A DNA stretch of 64,000 bases, from IMG/VR virus record IMGVR_UViG_3300028569_002417, positions 1 through 64,000 of that record; one strand, written 5' to 3'. The notes under the pieces are model-generated. The model did not search any database. It was given only the letters and a program-made list of their open reading frames with translations, and was not told where the DNA came from. How positions within the stretch are numbered: position 1 is the stretch's first letter; every line of letters starts with the position of its first letter. The position numbers and the translations under genes are program-made. Positions 55,399 to 64,000 of the stretch are shown here, in pieces.

Positions 55399-55584
55399 AT
55401 GAAAAAGAAATATTTCAATAAAAATTGGCCAAACACTTGGTGTCATAGCAGATCGTTTTCTTTTGATTCTAATTTATCTTCTGTTACATTGGTTCGATAC
55501 TCAGGAAACTTTAAGTGGGATGATGTTAGGAGCAGTGATTGGAGCATGCTTCGATCTAGTTCAGAGTGCTGGAAGAGTCATTAA
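55399..55584 (+). CDS. Trp/Ser-rich microprotein
   Basis: WCHSRSFS, DWSMLRSSSECW. Confidence 0.45.
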   Translation: MKKKYFNKNWPNTWCHSRSFSFDSNLSSVTLVRYSGNFKWDDVRSSDWSMLRSSSECWKSH

Positions 55585-56311
55585 CTTCCCACCATAATTT
55601 GTTTATATCAGTATTCTCACGTTTTTTCCAAGGTTTTTCAAGAGTGTAATGGATGACACAAATTTCATTCCTTAGTTCTTTCCATTTAATTGGAGCTACA
55701 TCAAAAACTCTTCGTGTGAAATTATAGATTGGTTTTAGTCTATGCCATTTTTTGGAAAAATAATGGTTTAGAAGACCTTGATCAGATGGATCTTCTGGTG
55801 TTTCGACAGTATCTTTCATTACAAGAAGTTCTTCAAATTTTTTCTTATCAGGTCTGAGTATCATTACCCCAGAATTAAAATAATCACCTCTCCACCCTGC
55901 TCTAATTGGCTTTCCTGTTTTTGCATCTAAAATAGTTTGAAAACTTGATCCTGCTGCAAAATCTGCTTCTATTTCAAAAAGATGATCAATATTTTTAATT
56001 ACCAAAACGTCTGCATCAAAATAAATTATTTTATCAAAATCTTGATTCCACAGATGGATTTTATTGTAACAATTATTGGCAAAGTTTGGATTTTCTCTAT
56101 AAGGTTGTGGCTTACAGGTTTTTGATCCAAGATATTCTGTGTCAATTATTGTGCAGCCAACAGACTGAAGCTTTTTTTTATTTTCTTCAGTAATGTTAAT
56201 GCTGATTACATGAAATGGATATTGTGTGATTTTTTGCAATGACTTTGCAAGACAATATACTCCGGGAGTAAAGTCATCACTCGCAACAGTAAAATATGCA
56301 AATTTAGGCAT
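55556..56311 (-). CDS. GT8 glycosyltransferase (glycogenin-like)
   Basis: KIIYFDADVL..NIDHLF, FNSGVM, DQGLLN, IHY...KPW. Confidence 0.92.
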   Translation of the reverse strand: MPKFAYFTVASDDFTPGVYCLAKSLQKITQYPFHVISINITEENKKKLQSVGCTIIDTEYLGSKTCKPQPYRENPNFANNCYNKIHLWNQDFDKIIYFDADVLVIKNIDHLFEIEADFAAGSSFQTILDAKTGKPIRAGWRGDYFNSGVMILRPDKKKFEELLVMKDTVETPEDPSDQGLLNHYFSKKWHRLKPIYNFTRRVFDVAPIKWKELRNEICVIHYTLEKPWKKRENTDINKLWWEVNDSSSTLN

Positions 56312-56343
56312 ACTACATTATAGTAAAATGCTATAATGTAGTC

Positions 56344-56402
56344 AATTCACCAAAAATATTACATCATTTTTATGGGCAATAAATCTTCGTAGCGGTTTAA
56401 TA
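56344..56402. repeat. 59-bp direct repeat copy 1 (duplicate of the neck gene 3' end)
   Basis: 58/59 identical to 57461-57519. Confidence 0.92.
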
Positions 56403-56426
56403 CAATTCAAATTAATCGCTTTTGTT

Positions 56427-57422
56427 TTATTGATTAATTTCAACTCCTTTATTTTTTAACCATTTCAGAAATTCATTTTTATTGTAAGACTTATTTTTTT
56501 TGCTATTTTCCTTAGCACACAAAGGCTGTAAATTTTCTATACAGTTAATTAATTTAATATCTTTTATTCCATGTTCAATAAATGCAGCTATAGGGAAAAT
56601 ATGATCAACATGCCATTTCTTATTACATACTTTTGGCCAATTAGGATGAGACTCTATGTGTTGCTTAAATTGCTCACTAGTGTAACCTAACATTTCATAA
56701 GAATGATCAATCTTAGACTCTTTAGTATATTTCAATACAGCATATATCATGCTGTAACACTTTTTCTTAAAACTCAATTCTTCTTTATATTCTTCTCTGT
56801 CTTTTCTAAAACAAGAAGAATTTTCTCCTGTATTTTTCAAATAACCACATTCTTTACAATGTGTTTTTAGAAATTTCATTTGACTTAGAACACAATAAGA
56901 TATTTTGCCACATTTACATTTATATTTTATTTTTTGTTTCGGACTTGTATATGCTTCTTCTAAAAGCTCACATTGGTTATCTGCAAAAATTTTGCGAATT
57001 TCATCAATGCTTGTTTTAACGCCACGCTTACACTTTGAACACCTACAACCGTTACGAAAATGATCTATTCTTATTTTAGAAATATTTCCACACTCACACC
57101 TATAAAGCATGGGTGTTTGGCATCCTTTGTAACCTTCTAAAAGTTCGCATCCACCATCTTGAAAAATCTTTTTTGCTTGTTCGTCTGTCATTTTCATTCG
57201 ACCAACGAAACCTTTAGATTTTCCTACTTGTTCATATTGACAATCACTACATTTTCTTCCGTCTTTGACTGCCGATAAAGAAAGTTCTGTTACTTTTCCA
57301 CAAACGCATTTTGCTGGTAATGGCTTCCATGTTGCACCATATCCAGACAACCATTCATCTGCTAAGCAGACATAACCATGTTGCTCAAAAATCTTCTTAA
57401 CATCTTCAATTGTGTGGCTCAT
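56427..57422 (-). mobile_element. free-standing HNH homing endonuclease with repeated Zn-ribbon modules
   Basis: three CxCG...CxxC repeats; WHVDHIFPI...NLQPLCAKENSKKN; AAGGAG SD. Confidence 0.88.
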
Positions 57423-57460
57423 AATCCTACTCCTTATCATATATAAGTAAAGTAGGAAAT

Positions 57461-57519
57461 AATTCACCAAAAATATTACATCATTTTTATGGGCAATAAA
57501 TCTCCGTAGCGGTTTAATA
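57461..57519. repeat. 59-bp direct repeat copy 2
   Basis: matches 56344-56402. Confidence 0.92.
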
Positions 57520-58366
57520 GAGAATCTTGCCAATCCTTTTTGTCTTGAATTCCTTCGGCGAGTATAGCTGCTCCATCTAGTTGTACTCCGCCACCGGGAC
57601 CGGGTGGATTTCCGATTCTTGAGCGTATTCTTCCAAGAATAATTTTAGCAAAAGCGAGAGCTCCTTCTTGCATTGCTTGGGTTACGATTTGGAAGTCTGG
57701 TTTTCTTTGGAGGTATCTAACAACGACTGGGTATGTTCGATAAGGTACTGGATAGAGTTTAATGTGTCTATAACCGCCGAGGTATTCCCATCCTCCTTGT
57801 TGTCCAGATATACGGTTGTACATATCTTCGTATTGTTTATAGAGAACCCAATCGCTCATTTTCCCCCATACTGGTTGTTGTGGGTTGATTCCCCCTGCGA
57901 TTGAGCCATAAGCTCCTGCTCCCATGTATTCGAGAGGTATTACTCCTCCGAGGTCTGATGCTGAGAATGCGTAGTTTGCAGTTTCTTTATATGAAATTTG
58001 GCGAACGAATCCGACATCGGGAGGAAGTTCGTAGACGCTTTGTCCGGGTGATGTATAAAATGAATAGTATTGGAAGTACTCTGCTGGGGCATAATCTTCA
58101 AATATTTGCAAAGAAAAATCTATACTATTTTCAAGTTGTTGGTCATCTAATTCAAGTGGTAGTACAGGTGCTCCGAGCATTGTTAGAACATAATCTTTGA
58201 TTTGTTCACGAACTTTTTCACGATTTTTGCGTGGTCCGATATTATAAATAGGGTCTGTTGGTCCTAGTCCTCCACAACTTCCTCCACCATTTCCGCAACC
58301 ACTTTTACATGACAATGAATTGTATTGATCTTGAGTTGGTCTTGGGATATAAATTGTGTTGCTCAT
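57476..58366 (-). CDS. neck protein, T4 gp13-like
   Basis: REQIKDYVLTMLGAPV..LELDDQQL, ALA.AK..LG.IRS, PGGGVQLDG. Confidence 0.85.
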   Translation of the reverse strand: MSNTIYIPRPTQDQYNSLSCKSGCGNGGGSCGGLGPTDPIYNIGPRKNREKVREQIKDYVLTMLGAPVLPLELDDQQLENSIDFSLQIFEDYAPAEYFQYYSFYTSPGQSVYELPPDVGFVRQISYKETANYAFSASDLGGVIPLEYMGAGAYGSIAGGINPQQPVWGKMSDWVLYKQYEDMYNRISGQQGGWEYLGGYRHIKLYPVPYRTYPVVVRYLQRKPDFQIVTQAMQEGALAFAKIILGRIRSRIGNPPGPGGGVQLDGAAILAEGIQDKKDWQDSLLNRYGDLLPIKMM

Positions 58367-58448
58367 ATACTTGCTGCCTTGCTTGAAAAAATGAATGATT
58401 CTTTTGTTATATAGAATAAGTAGAACTGGAATTGTTAAAAGGATTGAT

Positions 58449-61289
58449 ATGTTGAAATCATTCAAAGAATATATTTTTAAGACAACTGTATTGGGTCAAC
58501 GTGGTGAATTTTTTGATTTTCGTTTAGATGAGATGGCCAAAGAACGCCAAGTTGTAAGAAAATCTGTGCAGTTCGACAAAGATGATATCGAATTTTTGAA
58601 ACAATTTAATTATAATCTTTGGGGTCAGGCTCTTCATCAGCGTTATGAAATGCTTTTTAATCAAATTGAAAAATTGCATAATATTAAGACAACGAGAGAA
58701 TTTCCCAATCTTGTAACTGCAATCAAAAATTTCTTGAAAGAAAGGTCAGAGGATACTGCAAGAAGAATAATGGAAATTCCTGAACCCTTTGGGATGACCG
58801 CAGACGAAATAGAAACGATTAATACTTCTTCACCTCCTCGTTTAACTCGTAGCTTGACTGATAGACAATTGAATGATTTAGCAGAAAAATATGCTAATGA
58901 TCATTTTCACTCGAAGAATGAAGATAATGCACAACTTGTTGATGATCCTAATTCAGTAGATTTTATTTTCAAAAATATTATTTATATACCAAGAGAAAAT
59001 GGTGAGCCTCCTCGAAAGCTTGGAGGTAAACAAAGCAATAGAGATCTTGTTGTTAGGGCTCATCCTTATTTAAGAAGACTTTATCATAAGCTTGAAAGAA
59101 CAAAAGGTGAAGCACATCTGCGTGGATCTGGACTTCAAGGAGAAGTTGGTAAATATGGTTTTGAATTAAGAGATCCTGTAAGAGGAACTCAAGGACAGCC
59201 CAATGTGGTAAGAGGAATGCAATTTCCAACAGAAGATCAAGTAGATCGTGCTGTAAAAAGGTATATGGAATTAAATGCTCATCGTATTTTAGGAGATTTT
59301 GAGACTGATCCTAGTATCCAGTGGATGGATACTGGTTATAAAGATTCATTTGAGAGGGACAGGAAAGTTAAAAAGTATAAAGAAATAGTCAAACAAGAAC
59401 ACAGGCTTATGCGTGGAGAAGCAACAGATATTAAAGAAGATGAAATAGAAAGAGAAGCGATAAAGAGACTTGTTGCTGACTTCAAAAATGGAAAAGTAGA
59501 AATAAAAAGTCCTCCATATCCACCTACTTATCCAAAAGGTATTGATGCGACTGTAGAAACAAGAAGAGTCAAGGGTGAGAACAGAGAAGATATTATTGGT
59601 CCTCCTCTTTTCCTTCCTTTCAAAAAAGAAGGTGGAAAATGGGTTCCTCTTGTCAAGAAATCTCATTTTTATAAGGAAATTGAACCCGGAGAAACACATA
59701 GTTCAGATTTAATTGTTGGTCATAAAAAAGATTTCATCAAAGTAGACAATGAAAATATAGATCCATCTGGTAAGAAAATATCTAAGGATGGAGGTTTATT
59801 CCTCAATCACAATACACCAAAAAAGATGATGCTTATCAAGGGGACCCCTGAATACGAAAGGGCTTTTGAAGTTATCATGTCAAATCAACCTATGGCAAGC
59901 TATAGTGTGAGAAATGGGGATGCCTCTGCTTCTATTGACAATAATGGTAGTATGCATTATTACATACTAAAAGGAGTTGTTAATTGCATCAACAATCTTA
60001 ATTGTGGTCACAAAACTGATCATGAGAAGTTTTTGATGGTTCAAAATGTTCCTCTTATTTATAATTTTGCATTAAAGTATATTGAAAGTAATTTTGACAA
60101 TGATTTATTTTTTGTGCCAGATAGCAATGAGTACAGACAGGGGAGAAAATTAAATGCAGCAATTGTAAAAATGGCACATACTGCAACAAACTTGCTTTCC
60201 CAGAAAAGTTGGACTGGTGGAGGTGGATCACGAAGAAGAAGGGCTCAAACTGATGATACAAGGCAGCAGAGAGAAGAGAAGCCTTTGTTCAGCACTAGAA
60301 TACAACATACTGGTGATTACAATTATTTTGCTTATAATCCAGAAAACATGTCAAACTATTTGAAAGACTTAGCCCAATTGGAATCGGAAGCTCAAGAAGC
60401 TGAAAATAAAGCTCAAGCTGCCAAAAATAAGAGAGATGATACCAACATCAGTAAAGAAGAGCTTGGCAACCTTATCATGAACATGTCTTACAGTTCAACT
60501 GCTGTTATTGAAAACCTTACAATGATGCTTGCTAGTTTTTATAGAAGTGCAAACAGACTAACCTCTAAAGTAGCGCAAGAAAATGCAGAATCACAAATTA
60601 AATCTTGGAAAGAAGAAGGTTATGATCTGAAAAGAATGATTAGTGCTTTCAAAGAACTTCCAGTAGTAAAGTCTGCGATAGAAAAAACAAAATTAGTTCC
60701 TCCAACAGGAGGTATTGCTAGAAGATCGAATGTAATGATTCAAAGACAAATAAATGATGCTATGGAAGAACTTCAAAACGGAAAATCAACAATGCCTGAA
60801 GCTGCAATTCGTGGTAAGTTTTTACCTCAGGGATCGGAAAAATTCAGTGCATATGTTATTGAAATTGGAAAAGATTTAGCAACTGATCCTCAATTTCAAG
60901 ATGATCCTGAAGGTTTGGAAGAAGTTTTGGTTGCTGTTCAGAATGCATTGACTAAAAATATAGAAGGAGTTTCTCCTACTTCTCCTATTGCTCCTACTGC
61001 TTCTGCAATTCCTACTGCTACTTCTGTTACTCCTCAATCAGAAATCAATAGAATAAGGAAGTTACCTTCTGATAAAGTCAATTATATGAAATTGATGAGA
61101 GCAGAAAGAACTCCTGAAAACTTGTTTAATATTGTATTCGATCCAAAATTTGTAAATGCATCGGAACCAGTTCTCAATGCTGTTAAGAGTCGAATAAATG
61201 TTATAAAGGATAAGTTTAGAAAAGAAGACTATGATATTATGATGGCTAAGATTGAAGAATTGATTAAAATAAAAAGGGAAGAGGATTGA
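58449..61289 (+). CDS. large putative internal virion protein
   Basis: ~946 aa from MLKSFKEYIF leader; no catalytic motif recognised. Confidence 0.75.
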   Translation: MLKSFKEYIFKTTVLGQRGEFFDFRLDEMAKERQVVRKSVQFDKDDIEFLKQFNYNLWGQALHQRYEMLFNQIEKLHNIKTTREFPNLVTAIKNFLKERSEDTARRIMEIPEPFGMTADEIETINTSSPPRLTRSLTDRQLNDLAEKYANDHFHSKNEDNAQLVDDPNSVDFIFKNIIYIPRENGEPPRKLGGKQSNRDLVVRAHPYLRRLYHKLERTKGEAHLRGSGLQGEVGKYGFELRDPVRGTQGQPNVVRGMQFPTEDQVDRAVKRYMELNAHRILGDFETDPSIQWMDTGYKDSFERDRKVKKYKEIVKQEHRLMRGEATDIKEDEIEREAIKRLVADFKNGKVEIKSPPYPPTYPKGIDATVETRRVKGENREDIIGPPLFLPFKKEGGKWVPLVKKSHFYKEIEPGETHSSDLIVGHKKDFIKVDNENIDPSGKKISKDGGLFLNHNTPKKMMLIKGTPEYERAFEVIMSNQPMASYSVRNGDASASIDNNGSMHYYILKGVVNCINNLNCGHKTDHEKFLMVQNVPLIYNFALKYIESNFDNDLFFVPDSNEYRQGRKLNAAIVKMAHTATNLLSQKSWTGGGGSRRRRAQTDDTRQQREEKPLFSTRIQHTGDYNYFAYNPENMSNYLKDLAQLESEAQEAENKAQAAKNKRDDTNISKEELGNLIMNMSYSSTAVIENLTMMLASFYRSANRLTSKVAQENAESQIKSWKEEGYDLKRMISAFKELPVVKSAIEKTKLVPPTGGIARRSNVMIQRQINDAMEELQNGKSTMPEAAIRGKFLPQGSEKFSAYVIEIGKDLATDPQFQDDPEGLEEVLVAVQNALTKNIEGVSPTSPIAPTASAIPTATSVTPQSEINRIRKLPSDKVNYMKLMRAERTPENLFNIVFDPKFVNASEPVLNAVKSRINVIKDKFRKEDYDIMMAKIEELIKIKREED

Positions 61290-61567
61290 TGGCAAATTGG
61301 ATGGACATGATGGTCAACCCAAAGATTCATCATGTTAAGAAAACGATGTTTGAGGTTTTGAAAGAGAGATACGCTCAGAACGAGAATATTATTGAGCGTA
61401 TAGGTGTTGCGATGGCGACAGAAGGTGATCTAAAGGCCTTTTTTAGTCTTGTGACAGACATATATGAATTAGCTTATATGAAGGCTGTTGCTGATCATCA
61501 TGAGCAGTTAAGTAAGCTTGGTTTGGCTGTGAATATAGTTGCTGATAAAAAATCAAGAGTCGAATGA
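61288..61567 (+). CDS. small helical protein
   Basis: GAGGA SD, coupled to the upstream gene; exact start codon approximate. Confidence 0.65.
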
Positions 61568-62161
61568 TGGTTGATAATCTGAAGTTATGCAGTAGAGAAT
61601 AAAGCCATCTGCTTTAGGTTCTTTGTTTTTTACTTTCCACCAGCGTTTGTCTTTTGTTTTTGGGTAAATTACAGATCCTATTGTTATTTCGTTGGTGTCT
61701 GTCCATAGTTCAAATTCCATATCACGATGATTTAATATTACTCCTTCAAATGAAGTTGGGCTTCCGTATTGAACTGTTTTTATGACATCTCCATATAGTT
61801 CATCGATTTTTGTTCTTACTGTTGCTGGAAGGCAGTGTACAAAAACCTTTTCAATTTCTGGTTTTTTTTCTTCTTCGATTCTTTTTAGATCTTGGTGTAC
61901 GACTATTTTTCTTTCAAATATTGGTGTGTTTTCTGTTTCTTCTGGTTTTTTTTCTTCTGGTTTAGTTTCTTTTAGTTCTGATATGAATTCATTGGTATCG
62001 TTTTCAACTGGGGTGATGATGTTATCATCTTCTTTTATTTCAGGTTTACATTTCATATTATGAAGTATAAATTTTTCATTATTCCATAATGATTGTTGTT
62101 TCATTACTGGGTTTGGTTTCTGGAGTGTGTAGAGAGATCCGTCCTTATTTTTGAGTGCCAT
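61553..62161 (-). CDS. hypothetical protein, possibly head-closure (gp14-like) related
   Basis: DELYGD...YG.P..FEG C-terminal region; near the neck gene. Confidence 0.45.
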   Translation of the reverse strand: MALKNKDGSLYTLQKPNPVMKQQSLWNNEKFILHNMKCKPEIKEDDNIITPVENDTNEFISELKETKPEEKKPEETENTPIFERKIVVHQDLKRIEEEKKPEIEKVFVHCLPATVRTKIDELYGDVIKTVQYGSPTSFEGVILNHRDMEFELWTDTNEITIGSVIYPKTKDKRWWKVKNKEPKADGFILYCITSDYQPSFDS

Positions 62162-62224
62162 AAAATATAGTAGTGCAAAAAAAATTAGATTGTCATATAT
62201 AAAATGACGCAAGAAGAGGTATTT

Positions 62225-62647
62225 ATGGCATTGGTAGTTCCTAACGAGAGCGACATTTTGATGTTGCAATATATCGTTAATCAGTTGGCACAGGATGGTT
62301 CTGCTGGCTCCGCAGGGGGCGAAAGAATCTTGCGTTTATATACTAACAACTATGTACCTTCAAAAACGACTTCAATAGGTGATTTGACTGAGACAACTGC
62401 TTCTGGCTACTCTGTTATTACTTTGTATGGTGCCAACTGGACTGTGGCCACATCTACTGCTGGGACTAACTCAGCGGCATATAGTGAGCAAAGTTTCTAT
62501 TTTTCGGCAGCAGTTACTGTTTACGGTTATTATGTTACTGATTTGACATCTAATTTATTGTGGGTGGAAAGATTTTCCACGGCTCCGTTCACCTTACCAT
62601 CCGGTGGTGGCGAGATCGCAATTACCCCACGACTTACTCTTGATTAA
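62225..62647 (+). CDS. virion structural protein (tail-associated)
   Basis: LRLYTNN..P, GYS.ITL....W, VYGYYV, LLWVERF..APF pattern. Confidence 0.7.
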   Translation: MALVVPNESDILMLQYIVNQLAQDGSAGSAGGERILRLYTNNYVPSKTTSIGDLTETTASGYSVITLYGANWTVATSTAGTNSAAYSEQSFYFSAAVTVYGYYVTDLTSNLLWVERFSTAPFTLPSGGGEIAITPRLTLD

Positions 62648-62667
62648 AAAATATATAATTTAATTTC

Positions 62668-62699
62668 AAAAACCCTGATCTCTTGGGATTGGGGTTTTT
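62668..62699 (+). terminator. intrinsic terminator
   Basis: aaaaaccctgatc...gattggggttttt. Confidence 0.65.
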
Positions 62700-62765
62700 G
62701 TTTTTTTTATAAAATATCATTAAAAATTTGAGCTAACAAGTAAATAAAACAAAGGGGCAGAAATT

Positions 62766-64000
62766 ATGTTGGACTTTAGATCATGGCTTTTATTTACCGA
62801 AGCACCATCTGATTACACATGGATTGAAAAAGATCCAGAAGATTACGAAACAGAACTTGCAGCTTATATGCAATCAAAACTTGGTAAATTAGGACAAGGT
62901 GAAAGGCCAAGCCCCTACAAAAGAGTTATGGCTGACACCATAAAAGGTGTTATGTCTTCAGGTTCAGGTTCAGCAAAAACTAAAAAGAAGAAAAGAAAAA
63001 AGCCTGAAGGAACACCAGAAGAAAGAGCAGCAGCAAGAGAAATATCAAAAATAAAAAGTAAAGAAATAGCTCGCAATCCTCTTGTGCGATATATTAAAGA
63101 AATTGATGACGTATTCATGACTAAACTTGGACTTTTCAAAATAGAAAATGGCAAGAAAGTATTGGCAGAGAAAAGTCTCGCTGATATGATTATGAAAATT
63201 TGTCGTAAAGCTAAAGCGAATTTATTAAGGCGTGGAAAAGAAGTAGATATAGATGATATTTTTTCTGATACCATTAGCATATTGCACACGGCTCCAAAAG
63301 GAATTCTCAATGATAATAGCACCATCCCCGATAATCAGTTCCTAAAAGTAAAAGCAATGCAAAATTCTGATGGGACTTTGCCAGAAGATAAGTATGAAAA
63401 AGTAATGAGTATGGTTGGTAGCCAAGCAAAAAATTATTCTGGATATGTTGGTTGGGAAATAAGCATGTACGGAACAAGATGGAGAGATAGAAAAAATATA
63501 GAATCGCCAGACGTAATTAAATTCGAGCCAATTGCCACAGATAAAAAAACACAAAGACAAAAAGATATTGAAAGAGATGATCGCTTAGCTCTTAGATCAG
63601 GAATAGTAGGATCTCCAGCCGAGAGAATGTTAAATATTGAAAAAGATTTTCCAGACTTTTCTAAAAAGTTACTTGCCTATTTTAATGGTAAAGATTCAAA
63701 CGAGATGCTTCTTCAAATGGTTCGTAAACTTTTTGATGAAATGAAAAAAGATGCTGGAAACCAAAAGATAGTCAACCAAGATGAATTACAAAAAATTGTT
63801 GACAATGCTGAAATTTTATTCGTTGTCAAAAAAGAAGAAACTGCCGAAAGAGTCAAAGAAATTTCAAGAGTACAGCCAGAAACTTACAAATCTGAACGCC
63901 AAAAAAGATTAACTCGTAACCTTATTGGCACAAGCAGAGAGCCTTATACGAGTGTAAAAATTGGAGGAGAAGAAGAAGACGTATTTGCAGAACCTGATGA
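62766..64000 (+). CDS. large putative internal virion protein (runs off the window end)
   Basis: MLDFRSWLLFTE leader, gtaaataa upstream; N-terminal part translated by hand, frame assumed open to the end. Confidence 0.7.
   Translation, partial: MLDFRSWLLFTEAPSDYTWIEKDPEDYETELAAYMQSKLGKLGQGERPSPYKRVMADTIKGVMSSGSGSAKTKKKKRKKPEGTPEERAAAREISKIKSKEIARNPLVRYIKEIDDVFMTKLGLFKIENGKKVLAEKSLADMIMKICRKAKANLLRRGKEVDIDDIFSDTISILHTAPKGILNDNSTIPDNQFLKVKAMQNSDGTLPEDKYEKVMSMVGSQAKNYSGYVGWEISMYGTRWRDRKNIESPDVIKFEPIATDKKTQRQKDIERDDRLALRSGIVGSPAERMLNIEKDFPDFSKKLLAYFNGKDSNEMLLQMVRKLFDEMKKDAGNQKIVNQDELQKIVDNAEILFVVKKEETAERVKEISRVQPETYKSERQKRLTRNLIGTSREPYTSVKIGGEEEDVFAEPD

Noticed and set aside
56427-57519. Group I intron in the neck gene
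   Set aside because: The neck gene is complete with its own stop before the HNH gene, and there is no room for a ribozyme core.
1-64000. Genome-wide stop-codon reassignment (code 4/25 or 15) explaining the in-frame UGA
   Set aside because: Recognisable genes are full length in code 11, many end in TGA with ATGA overlaps and others in TAG; the UGA at 6752 is a local case.

Overview
This AT-rich, densely coding 64-kb window looks like part of a jumbo, T4-like (myovirus-type) phage genome read in standard code 11. It has a gp13-like neck protein, about 20 genes with T4-style capsid-targeting N-termini behind TA(A/T)ATA late-promoter motifs, and HNH and degenerate LAGLIDADG endonucleases. It also carries a Dam methylase, a Prim-Pol domain, a phiEco32-type COOH-NH2 ligase, S1 and S8 proteases, an ExbB/ExbD-like trio, McsA and large glycan-modification islands. 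McsA, an LRR protein, a planctomycete-like envelope protein and signal-peptide+CxxC proteins suggest a PVC/Planctomycetota host (inference). Two signals stand out. (1) A 77-aa ORF missing from the ORF track (6587-6820, minus) has a sigma70 promoter, an SD, a signal-like N-terminus, an in-frame UGA in a C-P-T-U motif and a canonical-looking bacterial SECIS hairpin, making it a candidate phage selenoprotein. (2) Downstream lies a translationally coupled array of Trp/Ser/Cys-rich microproteins joined by a conserved ~18-nt junction, with relatives elsewhere, including behind an Sm-like gene. I recognised no tRNA, rRNA or CRISPR array. All family calls come from motif recognition, not database searches.
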